A stretch of DNA of 64,000 bases from Macrostomum lignano (taxonomy: Eukaryota). A program made the translations under genes and the position numbers. The notes beneath the pieces are model-generated. The model was not told the DNA's origin, made no database searches, and was given only the letters and a program-made list of their open reading frames with translations. Of this stretch, positions 22,559 through 36,000 are shown one piece after another (the first letter of the stretch is position 1; every line of letters begins with the position of its first letter). The stretch lies in NCBI GenBank assembly GCA_002269645.1, contig NIVC01003047.1, forward strand, positions 18,129 through 82,128. The letters are read 5' to 3'.

Positions 22559-25500
22559 ATGACTGAGAAAGTGCGTATTCGTCAGGCAGTTAACAGAGGC
22601 GATATCGAGGCAAGGACCGAGGAGTAGTCCGTGTATCGAGGCCGTTAGGGATCACCTGCAGACGCTTCCGTCGTACCGCCACAAAGACGAATTTTGTCAT
22701 GACAGCGCGCGAACAGCAGCGCATAGTCGGCAGTGGGAAATGGTGCAGTTTCTTGCGCAGAGCATTAATGACGGGAGAAAGAGAGATACGTGCTGCTTTG
22801 AGACAGCTCAAACTGCTACAATGTGCAAGCAGTGGCCTTGGCTGAATGTTTTCGTGCAGGCAATTTCTAACCGAGAGACAAGAGATCTCTGCTGCCAGAA
22901 GATCGCACCGGATGCCGCACGCAATGAGCAGTGGGAATTAGTGAGATTTCTAGTCCAGGAAGCTGCCAATCCAACTGTGAAGGATCAGCTAAGAGCTGCT
23001 GGATCGGAATCGGCTTCAAAATTCGGCCAGTGGGATGTGGCGGAATCTCTGCTACGAGAAATCGCCAACCAGGATATTCGAGACGAATGTTGCAGCAAGG
23101 TGTTGAGAACCGCTGCAGCCAAGCATCAGTGGGATTTTGTAAGACTTGTTGCACAGTTAATTCAATGCGAACGGAAGCGAGACAGAAGCTGCGTGGAAAC
23201 AGCAAAATCTGCTGCAAAAGACGGTCAGCAGGAACTCGTTCGATTTCTAGTGCAACAAATCGGAGACCAGAGTTTGAGGGACAGGTGCTGCATGGAGGCA
23301 TCGGAAGCTGCTTCAAATGCGAAACGTTGGCCATTGGTGAGACTTCTTGTTGAACTGTTCGTCGACAGTGGCATGAGAGATCGGATCTGTGTGCATGCCG
23401 CTAAGGCCGCTTTGAGATCTGGCCAGTTGGAGGAACTGATGTTTTTCGTTGAGACAGTTGCTGATCAAAGTTTAAAGGATCAATTCTGCATTGAGGCGGC
23501 GAAATCTGCTGCCAAAGAGCGCCTCTGGCGAGCGGTCGAAGTTTTGGTGATGACAGTGGTCGATCAGCGTTTAAGAGACCAGTGCTGCAAGGATGCCGTG
23601 AAATCAGCTGCGAGTGAGTGCAAATGGGAACTTGTGAGGTTGCTCGTGAGTGCTATTTCCGATCCGAATATCAGTGATCAGTGCTGCATAGAGGCAGCCA
23701 AGTGGTCCGCAAGTGTTGGAAAACAGGAGATCGTTGAATTCCTATTTCACGCTCTAAAAAATCCCGATTCGCAAATCGCCTTCCGCCGAGAATGCGCCGT
23801 GGCGGCTTGCTGTCGTTTGCGCGAAGAATTTGTGGCTTTTCTCGGCGTTGAGCCCGATTGGCTCTTCGAATTTAGCCATGTCCTCAGCTTCACAGCTTCG
23901 ATGGCCATCGAGGGCCGAAATTCCGTTCTGAAGTCGACTCTGTCGAAGATGAATCCCGATCGAATCACCCAGCTGCTCTGTCTCTCAATCTCACACTGCC
24001 ATGTCTCACTGGCTCTAACGCTTATGGACGACGAGAGATTCAGCAAAGAGCATGTTGATGTGCCCGACAGCTCAGGAGCAACTGCGCTCATGCTAGCGGC
24101 TGATTCTGGTCACCACGAGCTCATAGATAAGCTGTTGGATCTGGGAGCGTCAGTGAGAGCTCAAGATCATCAGGGTAGAACGGCATTGACGCGAGCCTGC
24201 GAGGCGGGTCACATTAGAACTGCAAAGCTTCTGAAAGACAGGGGAGCGAAAGCGGACCATCAAGACGGCCAAGGCCTGACGTGTACGCAGCTGGCAGAGA
24301 GGCTTGGACACTCGCAGCTGCTGCGGCTGCTGTGTCCCGAGAAAGTGAGGTCAGTTCATGCACAAATATTTTCTAAGTTCGTTGCGCTCAACAGAAGTTT
24401 TATCATTCAAACTTAGGATTGACAGAAAATTTGCAAACCTTTCAGCTGTCCGCCCATCAAGAAGCCGGTCGCTCTTTCCAGAAAACCTTCAAGTTCTTTG
24501 CCTTCGTAAGTTTTTTCCGCAAGCAGCTTTTCCATGTCTTTTACTTGCCGTCGGCATAGATGTCTACGAGCGTAGAACTTCAATAGCCACAATGGCTTTA
24601 AGTGTATAGATTTAAATGATTGCCTAATATATAAAAAAGAACTTTTTCCCCATTCCAGATTCAAAGACGATGTTCAGCAGGACGAGCAGCTCAGCGAAGA
24701 GCTGCATCAACTGCTCAGCAAAGCTGGCTTCACATCTGAGAGAGCGGAGTGCCAGCAGAGAATGGCCTGCCTGCTGGAAGGAGTCGCCAAAACTCTGACT
24801 GAATATTCCCGAAAGATGACTGGCAGCTATGCGGAGGGTTGGGCTAACAGTCTGATGCAAGTCAACGGCAGGACAGCGGCTGACTCGGACATTGACTGGA
24901 CTGTGCTTGTTCGCGGACAAACGTTTCATCTTGAAGACGGATGCGGAAAATTTCGCGAATGCAATAATGTCGAAAAACTGAAGGTTGCAGAGGGTCACGC
25001 ACAGGTGACAGTAGGATCTGGTAAGAGGAACAGGGTAATGTGTAACTTTTTAGTTTTCTTGTCAAAAAGTATTGCTCCGGCCCACTTGATTCGCAGTTGA
25101 ACTTTCGCATTAGTCGCAAGTTTACCCTATCTTATTCAATCCATAGGCAGCCAGCCTGCTGTGACAGTTGGTGCATCCGGGGTGCGGCCTGCACTGGACA
25201 CGTGCCACGCCATTGAGTGCTGCAGCTCGTTCTGCGAGGACAGAATTGAAAAATTAATTAAAAACTACGGCTGGGTTCACCTCGTCAGGGCTACTCGACC
25301 GAGCTCAACCAACGAGCTCAGGGTAAGTTTCAGCTTCCAAGAGAGGGAGATCATGCGACAACTGAACACAATTCAGGGACAGCTGTTCACAATTATCAAG
25401 TTCATCTTCAAAAGGCACCTGCCGCTTAATCTCAGCACGCCCGGGCTCAAGAGCTATCACGCGAAAACGCTGCTATTTTTCATGCTGGAAAAGCACGGCA

Positions 25501-26546
25501 TGGAGAATGGAGAAGCTTGGAAACCTCAGAAACTAATCTCGCTGATCAAGGAGTCACTCAGCATGCTCCTGAGCTTCATCGATAAGAGCAATTCAGCCGA
25601 TGTGTGCATGCCGCATTTCTTCATGCCCGGCGCTCCGCTCTACTTCAAAAATGCTGGAATCGGTGGCGACTTTGACAACACGAAGGCGAGAATTCGAAGC
25701 CGACTCAGCGAACTTAGGGGCGACATTAGCGGAGTGCTTAAGCAGCTTAAGGTGCTAGTGAGACCTCTGGAATCGGAGAATTTCTACTTTCACCCCTTCA
25801 CGCTGTTGCCTCTGACGGCTTCGCCGGCCGAAATCGAGATAAGAAGCGGAATGGCCTTGCAGGAGCAGCATTCAAGGCTTGCGCGAGTGTACCAGGTGCT
25901 TCACCAGTGCTTGGACGAGCTGCAGTCGGAATCGAGCGACAGGGACACTCTGACTGGGCAACTCGGTCAGCTGGACCAGCTTCCGTCTTGCAAATACGCC
26001 GCCATGTGCCTGGCCGCCATTGTCAGCTTGCGGTTTGGAGAGACAGCCGAGTCGGAGAGAATCTTGATGGAGCTTCAAAAGCGAAGAGTCAAAAGTGGAC
26101 TTAGCCCGAGAGAGGTTCAAACGTTGGACACAGACTGGGCTTGGCGGTTCTGCCTCCCGTGTCACAATCCGCCCCACTTCCCGTTCCTGCCCGGCTTCAC
26201 GCAGTCTCTGTTCACAGCCAGACTGTCGCAGCCGAGCTCCTCTCACCTGTACGTGAACTTCCGCTGCCTGAGCTGGAGCCTCCAAGCCGAGCTGCTCCAT
26301 GATCGCAGCCCAATAGTGTTCGGTGAGTGGCTGGAAGATCTGCAAGAAGACCCGGACTTGGAGGAGCTGCTCACCCTAGCCCACTACAGCGACTGCCGTG
26401 AGCATGTGATGTTCTGCCTAGAGCAAATGGAGATTATCAGAGACGAGAGACGCGTCGCCATGGATACCCAGGACCACGAAAAGATTCGCTGCGTGACTGA
26501 GAAGCTTCAACGGCTAAGCAAGTCTCCGCAGGCACGGCGCTCTTAA
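22559..26546 (+). CDS. Mab-21/cGAS-like receptor (cGLR) nucleotidyltransferase with N-terminal 33-aa helical repeats plus ankyrin repeats and a C-terminal helical extension, about 1170 aa. Exons: 22559-22609 (requires a 31-nt GC-AG intron; otherwise the start is 22740), 22641-24349, 24659-25020, 25147-26546
   Basis: Canonical ankyrins DSSGATALMLAADSGHHELIDKLLDLGA and DHQGRTALTRACEAGHIRTAKLLKDRGA. NTase motif TGSYAEG...SDIDW and third catalytic acid DTCHAIEC. Mab-21 motifs HLV...LRVSFSFQE, LKSYHAKTLLFF and CMPHFFMPG. An alternative junction (donor 24344 with an extra exon 24426-24505) is also in phase. Confidence 0.88.
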
Positions 26547-29500
26547 ACATGGAATTGACCTCTTATAATTCTATGCTTCAGATAGAAGGACCAGTGAGCA
26601 TAAATTTTTATCTAAGCACAGTAGGCATATAGGTTGTAGTGTAGTGTTAATACAGACGATAATACTTTGCTTCCAACTTTCTCACACGGTAGAGTAGCGC
26701 AGTCTGTTTGTCCTGTTCGTGTGTAAGTTGCTTTTTTGCTTCAATGTCATTGACTTATGAGTATTATCTACACCGCACGAGGGTCACTCCGAAAGTTTTT
26801 TAGAATGTAACGGATATAGTGCTAATAACAAAACAAAACTCTAAACTTTTTTTAAGTAACTCCCTCCAGCAGCAAAACAAAAAGTTCTATTCCTTCCCTT
26901 CCATTCTAAAGACTTTCGGGGTTGACCCTCGTAAAGCCAATTTCTATACAGAGCGAGGTAAAGCTCCCTTTTGGATTAAATTTTTCTATTTGCTGTTCTG
27001 TTCTGTTTAATCCTCTTTGTATGTTCATTAGCTTTTGCTGAGAAACGACAGCTCTGCGAGGGATTAAAGATTATAGTTTAAGTAGCTTTGATTCTTCTAT
27101 AGATTTACATGTATAAGTCAGCTTGTTGAGCAAGAACGTCAAGAGTTGCTTTTATATATTTGTGCTCCAATTGCTGGGACACACATGCCCTGCCTCTGGT
27201 CGCCTACGCGTACGCTGGAACCCGCTGGACAAAATTCTAACATCCAACTGACCGAATTAGCCATGTAAGTTTAAGCCATTGAAAATAGCTATCAGTTTTT
27301 ATATGGATTCTGCAGTTGGCTCATCTGGTCCCAGAATCGCGAGAACAGACAAAACTGCCCCCCTTTCCCGAATTGTGCGTACAACCATGCAGGATCCGGG
27401 AAAGGGAAAGGGGGGACAATTTTTTTATCTCATCGAATCGATCGATCGCTTGGCAATTTAATTGCGATCGTCAGTTCCCTCTGTCCAGCCTCGTGAACAA
27501 CAAGCCTACAGCGGAGAGCGTACAGTAAATGTACATGTAAATCGGGGTTTTCAGGATGTTATAAAACAAGGAATCAACTCATAGATTTGAGCGATACTTC
27601 AAATAGGGAAGTTGCCAACTGCCCTAGCTCTGTAGTATATTTTTCTATCTATCAATTTCGCTACTGGATACTTTCGTATAAGCAATGAGCCTAAAAGTTT
27701 ACTAAATACGCCAGTGTAACGTCTAATATCAATAATTATGGATGTCGAAATTCTAAGCGGCGAGTCTCGAAGATGGCGACAGTTTGTGGCAAAGAAACGG
27801 CACAACTTTCCCGAGGGGTGAGTTTTAAGTGCATGTACCAGCATTAGGATCATAATTGGTGAAAATTTTAAGCTTCAGCTTCTGCGCTAGCGGTTCTTGA
27901 AATAGCTGTCGATGCATGTATATAGAAAAACGATGTTAATTCTGTGATTTTACGAGTAATTAATGTAATGTCATATGGTAGTACCGTAATTTCACAACGT
28001 CCAATACAACAACTGCCGATGATTTTAATAAAGCAACCTTACGCATGTTGCATCGTAAATGTACAATTGTTGTCCTGGATATGCTTTAAGCCCTACATTA
28101 TTGTCAGGTTCCCCTGTCGAAATCTAAACACTGCAATGGACTCCCTTTGTGCATGAAAATAATTCGTTCTCAAATTTTAACAAATTATTGGTGTAGTGTC
28201 GATATTAATGTATCAATGACAAATTTTAACAGTGAACTAACATTTTATACTGATCAACAAGCTATACATGTACATTTCCAGTAGAGCTAGTGTTATCGTT
28301 AACAAATTTAGCTGTGCACCATTCCGACGATGCACCGTATACACGTATACACGTTCGTATACGTAAATATACTCTTCATTTCCGGCGTACAAACGCTAGC
28401 TTGAAGGACGACTAGTGTACTACATAAAAGTACTTTAACATGTACCTTTAAATAAAAGTTTAAATAAAATTACATATTTCATTTGGGTAACAGTAATTAG
28501 CTTTTTATATTTGGCCAGCTCACGTAGCTTAATGGAAAAAAGAGATAGTGACTTTTTTATGCGATGGCTTGCAGAAAATGTACAGTTTTTGGCTACACGA
28601 GGCTTAAAGACTTCAGGTTAAGTTATCACGAATTAAATTGACAATATCGCTACGTTTAAACAAAGATATATACCATTTATTAGTCCTGGCAAAATATTGC
28701 TTTGATAAAGTTGGTCTAAATTATAAAATGTTGTTAAACTCGAATATTAGCAACAGGGCCCATATTACGAATGCTGTGTTAGAAAGTGATAGAGTTTAAA
28801 TGTAAAATTTTCCTGGAAGTACTGTCGTTTGCCCACGTAAACAGTTTCGAACTGGTGGCACTGGTACTGGTAGCAGACTGCAGAGGCATATGTCTTAATC
28901 AACAACTATTTAAGCGGGTTAAGTGTTAGTTTAGAGCCCGAAAACTTATATACATTAAAATTTCTCGGCAGTACGCAAAGTTTTTAAAATTGAAACACTG
29001 GTAGAAAAATATCCGCGTTAGACACTTAACAATGTTTGCAAGGGAGATTGAGTCGTAAGTTTCTTTTTGAATTTAATGCTGGTTGTACATTATCTCTTTT
29101 ATTTCACATGAATCTAGAACTTTCAGGTCTATTGGCGGGTCAAATTTCAGGTCAAATGGCAATTGTTTCTTAGATGTTGAACTTTTTGTGCAAACATTGT
29201 ACAGTTTGAACTTCTGGTTGATCTTTGTCCTAAGACATGATTTACTTCTTACATATAACCAGCCTACCAGTATTAGTTTAACAGTTTGCTCAAGCACCTC
29301 ATCCAATAAAAAAATTATACTATATTTTTTAGGTTTTTTATGTGCCTGAATTCCTAATGCTTAAAAACCTTCAAATTTAATATCACATATATCTTCTTTT
29401 GAAAATTGATAATTCAAAAAATGTTTTATAGTATATAGTAACGCTAGTATTAAATATAAATATAACAGATGCAGTTTAATTATTGTAAATCTTATTATTA

Positions 29501-30007
29501 TGGAATAGCTGTTTAATTCTTTGGACTACTCTTGTTTTTAAATTAAATACCTTTATTATAATATATAATGTTAAGCTAATAATTCATATTTATTAGCATT
29601 TGATTTTAGTTTATTGCTTTTATTAAGAAATATTTATTTACCATTTATATTTCATAGCTATAAACCCAAAATCATATTGCTAAACTGAATGCTTAAATAT
29701 TACTAGTTTACTTTTATCTGTTCTTTATTTTTATATTTAAACAACTAGACTTATTTTTATTTAACTCTTTCTTTTATATCCATAAAAGCAGACTTCAGCT
29801 TTCATCATATCTATTTGAAGCATTTACAATATTTACAAGTTTATTTAAGTTTCTCAGCAATTTTTTTATAAATAACATTGAAACAAATATTATATTAAAA
29901 TAATTATACTATAAAATACCAATGAAATGCAACCTGTTCATAAATAAACTGTAAATATTGTGTCTAGTCCAATAACCAGGCTCATTTCTACACTGTCTAC
30001 CAACCAG

Positions 30008-33000
30008 GTCGGTGCAGATGCGGCTGTACACACTTAGCAAGCGCAGCTTTGTATTGGTCTTCCTAGTCTTCTTTGCCTGCTTTGGCCTGGCAGTGTTTGT
30101 TGGCCTGCTGGGACCACCAATCATCCAGCAGTCGGTGCAGAATGCCAGCAGCTTGAAGCCAGCGCCAACTCCATCAGTCATGCGGCGGGGTCCATTCAAT
30201 CTGCTGAGCCCGCCGCTTAACCTGCTGCACCAGCAGCTCTGGCTGGTGGCCAAGTTCTTTGTTGATGAGTCGCAGTGTGAGTTGGTCGCAGTCTGATAAT
30301 TATTGATTCAATAATTTTATAGCGTGTAACATAACAGCAGGTGTGGGGGTAACTGACTCGGCAATAAAACTTGCACACACAGACGACCGAAAGCTGGAGT
30401 ACGGCCTGACCGTCAGCGTCAACTTGACAAGAGGCCGCGGCGCCAGGTGCGGCAGCTTCTTCAGCGGGCCGCACAGCCGGATGAGGCGGCTGCGGTGCGA
30501 CCGCAGGGTGAGGAGTGGATGCTGGGCTATGTGCTGTACTTTATGCTGTAGGTGTGCTGTAGTTTATGCTGTAGGTGTGCTGTAGTTTATGCTGTAGTTG
30601 TGCTGTAGGTGTGCTGTAGTTTATGCTGTAGGTGTGCTGTAGTTTATGCTGTAGGTATGCTGTAGTTTATGCTGTAGGTGTGCTGTAGTTTTATGCTGTA
30701 GGTGTGCTGTATTTATGCTGTAGGTGTGCTGTAGTTTATGCTGTAGGTGTGCTGTAGTTTATGCTGTAGTTTATGCTGTAGTTGTGCTGTAGGTGTGCTG
30801 TAGTTTATGCTGTAGTTGTGCTGTAGGTGTGCTGTAGTTTATGCTGTAGGTGTGCTGTAGTTTTATGCTGTAGGTGTGCTGTAGTTTATGCTGTAATTTA
30901 TACTGTAGTTGTGCTGTAGTTGTGCTGTATTTATGCTGTAGGTGTGCTGTAGTTTATGCTGTAGGTGTGCTGTAGTTTATGCTGTAGGTGTGCTGTAGTT
31001 TATGCTGTAGTTTATGCTGTAGTTTATGCTGTAGTTGTGCTGTAGGTGTGCTGTAGTTTATGCTGTAGTTTATGCTGTAAGTTTAGTTGTGATGTAGGTG
31101 TGCTGTAGTTTATGCTGTAGGTGTGCTGTAGTTTATGCTGTAGGTGTGCTGTAGTTTATGCTGTAGGTGTGCTGTAGTTTATGCTGTAGGTGTGCTGTAG
31201 TTTATGCTGTAATTTATACTGTAGTTGTGCTGTAGTTGTGCTGTTTTTATGCTGTAGGTGTGCTGTAGTTTATGCTGTAGGTGTGCTGTAGTTTATGCTG
31301 TAGTTTATGCTGTAGTTGTGCTGTAGTTGTGCTGTAGGTGTGCTGTAGTTTATGCTGTAGTTGTGCTGTAGGTGTGCTGTAGTTTATGCTGTAGGTGTGC
31401 TGTAGTTTTATGCTGTAGGTGTGCTGTAGTTTATGCTGTAATTTATACTGTAGTTGTGCTGTAGTTGTGCTGTATTTATGCTGTAGGTGTGCTGTAGTTT
31501 ATGCTGTAGGTGTGCTGTAGTTGTGCTGTAGTTTTATGCTGTAGGTGTGCTGTAGTTTATGCTGTAGTTTATGCTGTAGTTTATGCTGTAGGTGTGCTGT
31601 AGGTGTGCTGTAGTTTATGCTGTAGGTATGCTGTAGTTTATGCTGTAGTTGTGCTGTAGGTGTGCTGTAGTTGTGCTGTAGGTGTGCTGTAGTTTATGCT
31701 GTAGGTGTGCTGTAGTTTATGCTGTAGGTGTGCTGTAGTTTATGCTGTAGGTGTGCTGTAGTTTTATGCTGTAGGTGTGCTGTAGTTTATGCTGTAATTT
31801 ATACTGTAGTTGTGCTGTAGTTGTGCTGTATTTATGCTGTAGGTGTACTGTAGTTTATGCTGTAGGTGTGCTGTAGTTTATGCTGTAGTTTATGCTGTAG
31901 GTGTGCTGTAGGTGTGCTGTAGTTTATGCTGTAGGTATGCTGTAGGTGTGCTGTAGTTTATGCTGTAGGTGTGCTGTAGTTTATGCTGTAGGTGTGCTGT
32001 AGTTTATGCTGTAGGTGTGCTGTAGTTTATGCTGTAGGTGTGCTGTAGTTTTATGCTGTAGTTGTGCTGTAGTTTTATGCTGTAGGTGTGCTGTAGTTTA
32101 TGCTGTAGGTGTGCTGTAGTTTTTTTTGCTGTAGGTGTGCTGTAGTTTATGCTGTAGTTTATGCTGTAGGTGTGCTGTATAAAACTAAGTGATAGGCCTA
32201 GGACTGCAGCAATATTTCCCATATCTCTCGCGCAGGCCTGCTCCCAGATGACCCTGTTCCACCTGAGCTACATCAACTGCAGCCGATACTCGGTGCAGGT
32301 GGGCTTCTCAGGCCTGGAGAATGTGTCCGGCGAGATGCTGTCGGTGCGCGATGTGCAGTTCGGCTTCGTCACCTACAGTCCGGCCTTCACGCAGGAGGAG
32401 ATCTGGCTGAGATTCCTCCTCCTGCTCGCCTCCTTCGTGGCCGTGGTGAGTTCAGTCTCCCCTCTGTTCTCTCATCCACCATCTGTCCTCTCACCCCTCC
32501 GTCTCTTCTCTCACCCCACCATCTCTTCTCTCACCCCACCATCTGTTCTCTCACCCCACCATCTCTTCTCTCCCCCTCCATCTGTTCTCTCGCCCACCAT
32601 CTGTTCTCTCATCCACCATCTGTCCTCTCACCCCTCCGTCTCTTCTCTCACCCCACCATCTCTTCTCTCACCCTCCATCTGTTCTCTCACCCCATCTGGT
32701 CTGTCACCCCATCTGTTCTCTCGCCCACCATCTGTTCTCTCACCCCACCATCTGTTCTCTCCCCCTCCGTCTCTTCTCTCACCCCACCATCTCTTCTCTC
32801 ACCCCACCATCTCTTCTCTCACCCCATCTGTTCTCTCACCCCATCTGTTCTCTCGCCCACCATCTGTTCTCTCACCCCACCATCTCTTCTCCCCCCTCCA
32901 TCTGTTCTCTCACCCCATCTGTTCTCTCACTCTCCATCTCTTCTCTCACCCACCATCTCTTCTCTCACCCCACCATCTGATCTCTCACCCCACCATCTCT

Positions 33001-36000
33001 TCTCTCACCCCAACATCTGATCTCTCACCCCACCATCTCTTCTCTCACCCCACCATCTCTTCTCTCACCCTCCATCTGTTCTCTCACCCCATCTGGTCTG
33101 TCACCCCATCTGTTCTCTCGCCCACCATCTGTTCTCTCACCCCACCATCTGTTCTCTCCCCTCCGTCTCTTCTCTCACCCCACCATCTCTTCTCTCACCC
33201 CACCATCTCTTCTCTCACCCCATCTGTTCTCTCACCCCATCTGTTCTCTCGCCCACCATCTGTTCTCTCACCCCACCATCTGTTCTCTCCCCCTCCATCT
33301 GTTCTCTCACCCCATCTGTTCTCTCACTCTCCATCTCTTCTCTCACCCACCATCTCTTCTCTCACCCCACCATCTGATCTCTCACCCCACCATCTCTTCT
33401 CTCACCCCAACATCTGATCTCTCACCCCACCATCTCTTCTCTCACCCCAACATCTCTTCTCTCACCCCACCATCTCTTCTCTCACCCCACCATCTGTTCT
33501 CTCACCCACCATCTCTTCTCTCACCCAACCATCTGTTCTCTCACCCACCATCTCTTCTCTCACCCAACCATCTCTTCTCTCACCCCCACCATCTGTTCTC
33601 TCGCCCCACCATCTGTTCTCTCACCCCACCATCTCTTCTCTCACCTCTCCATCTCTTCTCTCATCCTTCCATCTCTTCTCTCACCCACCATCTCTTCTCT
33701 CACCCCTTTCTTCCACCTCCCCTCTATCTCATCTTTCATCCCACCAAGCAAAAGCTCCCGCCCCCGCACCGCCACCAGTGCCTGTTCATGCACTCGCTGA
33801 GGAGATTTCTGTTGCGCGACTGGAGCATCGAGCAGCGCTGGATGGCCCTCCTGCTGCCCCTGCTGCTGCTGTACAACGGTAAGCCGCCTTTATTTTTTAA
33901 AGTCTCAATTGCCTATTATAAGTAGCCTAGGCTGAATTGCTTGCGGTATTGCAGATCCGCTGCTGCCGCTAACGTTTTTGGTGAATCACTGGCTGCCGAG
34001 CATGCTGGACACCGTGTTCCAGGCCACCTTCCTGTGCGCCCTGCTCATGTTCTGGCTGTGCATCTATCACAGCGTGCGCGAGGTGAGGGCGCTTGTGATC
34101 GGCTGTTTGTGGGGTCATGCTCTATATGTACACTTAGCAGGATCATTTTCAAGTATGTATGCTAGCTGGGTGATGTTCAAAGTATGTACACTAGCTGAGT
34201 CATGTTCAAGTATGTATGTACTACCAGGATCATGTTCAAGTATGTACATGTGCTAGCAGGATCATGTTCAATTATGTACATGTGTTAGCAGAATCATGTT
34301 AAATCATGTAAATGTGTTAGCATGATCATGTTCAATAATGTACATGTGTTAGCAGGATCATGTTCAATTATGTACTAGCAGGATCATGTTTAAGTATGTA
34401 AATGTGTTAGCAGGATCATGTTCAATTATGTACTAGCAGGATCATGTTTAAGTATGTAAATGTGTTAGCAGGATCATGTTCAAGTATGTACATGTGCTAG
34501 CAGGATCATGTTTAAGTATGTAAATGTGTTAGCAGGATCATGTTCAAGTATGTACATGTGCTAGCAGGATCATGTTCAAGTATTGTAGGATTTGTAGGTA
34601 CATCTGCAAGCAAAATCATACTCAGGCAGACATAACTAGCATATTAGCGGAATCCTCTTTAAGCATGCACTATTAGTACCGTGTTCGATTGCTCCAACTT
34701 ACCTACGAGTACTTAAGTAGCATAATTGCGATGTTTAGAACGAGCGGCACTTCTGCCGGTTTTACCTGCCCAAGCTGGTTATTGTGGCCGCGATGTGGCT
34801 CTTTGCTCTGGTCATCTCGGGCTGGCAGACCGCTCACGAACTGCGGGATCCGACCTATTTTTATCGACTGGACACCGGCAATTTTATGGTGAGAACCGGG
34901 CAGGCATGGGTCTAGCAATCCTCGGATTTTGACGCTTCCATTTTGTCACCCTAAATTCGCAGGCGCTTAAAGTGACTTTTCTGACCATTTGCGGACTTTA
35001 CGTGCTTTACCTGGTCTACTTGGTGGTTCGGGCGTTTGCCGAGCTGAGATCTATGCCCTACTTTGGTGAGCTTTCAACCTGCAGATTTTATTTTCGATAC
35101 ATATCGGCTCCGAGGTTATTTTTGTATTTTCTGTGCATATCGGCTTCTAGCCTACTTTGTATTTTCTATACATATCGGCTCCGAGGCTATTTTTTAATTT
35201 TCTATACATATCCGCTCCGAGGCTATTTTGTATTTTCGATACATATCGGCTCCGAGGACATTTTGTATTTTCGATACATATCGGCTCCGAGGCTATTTTT
35301 ATTTTCTATGCATATCGGTTCCAAGGCTATTTTGTATTTTCTATACATATCGGCTGCCGTAATTTTATTTAAATCCTTTTGATGCATATCGGTTGAGATG
35401 CTACTGTTTTTGATACATATCACTTTCTCCTTCCTTCGAACGCTCAGATCTTCGCCTGAAGTTTAGCACCTTCCTGATGCTGATAGTCATCGGGGTGACC
35501 ATTGCCATTGCCGCCATGCGCTGGGGCTCCGGCGTGTTGGATGACAGCTTCGTCGCCGAGGTGTCCGCCCGCTACGACAATTCGGCTGAGTTCGTGTCAT
35601 TCTACTGCCTGCTCAATTTCTACCTGTTCGCCATGGCCTTCGTGTACAGCCCGAGTAGGAACGCTGCTCACGGTGAGGCATATGGCTGGCTACTTAAAAT
35701 CAGAATTTTTTAATACTACTGATCAGTGTCAGTAGTCAGTAGTATCATTGGCACATTCACCGAATTTCTTTACAGAAACTCAATTCAAAGACGATCCCGG
35801 GGTCAGCATGGTCACTGATAGCGATGAGGATGCGGTGTACGAGTGAGTCGCTTTTAATTCTGGCAATTTCTGCAGCCTCTTTGACCTGCTCTGTCATGCA
35901 CAGCTTTTTTGGAAAATCTGTTTGAAACTGTACTATCGCTTCCAATAAAATATGAGCATTCTCTTGCTCCCTGTCTTATTCAGTGTCTCACTCACTGCCT

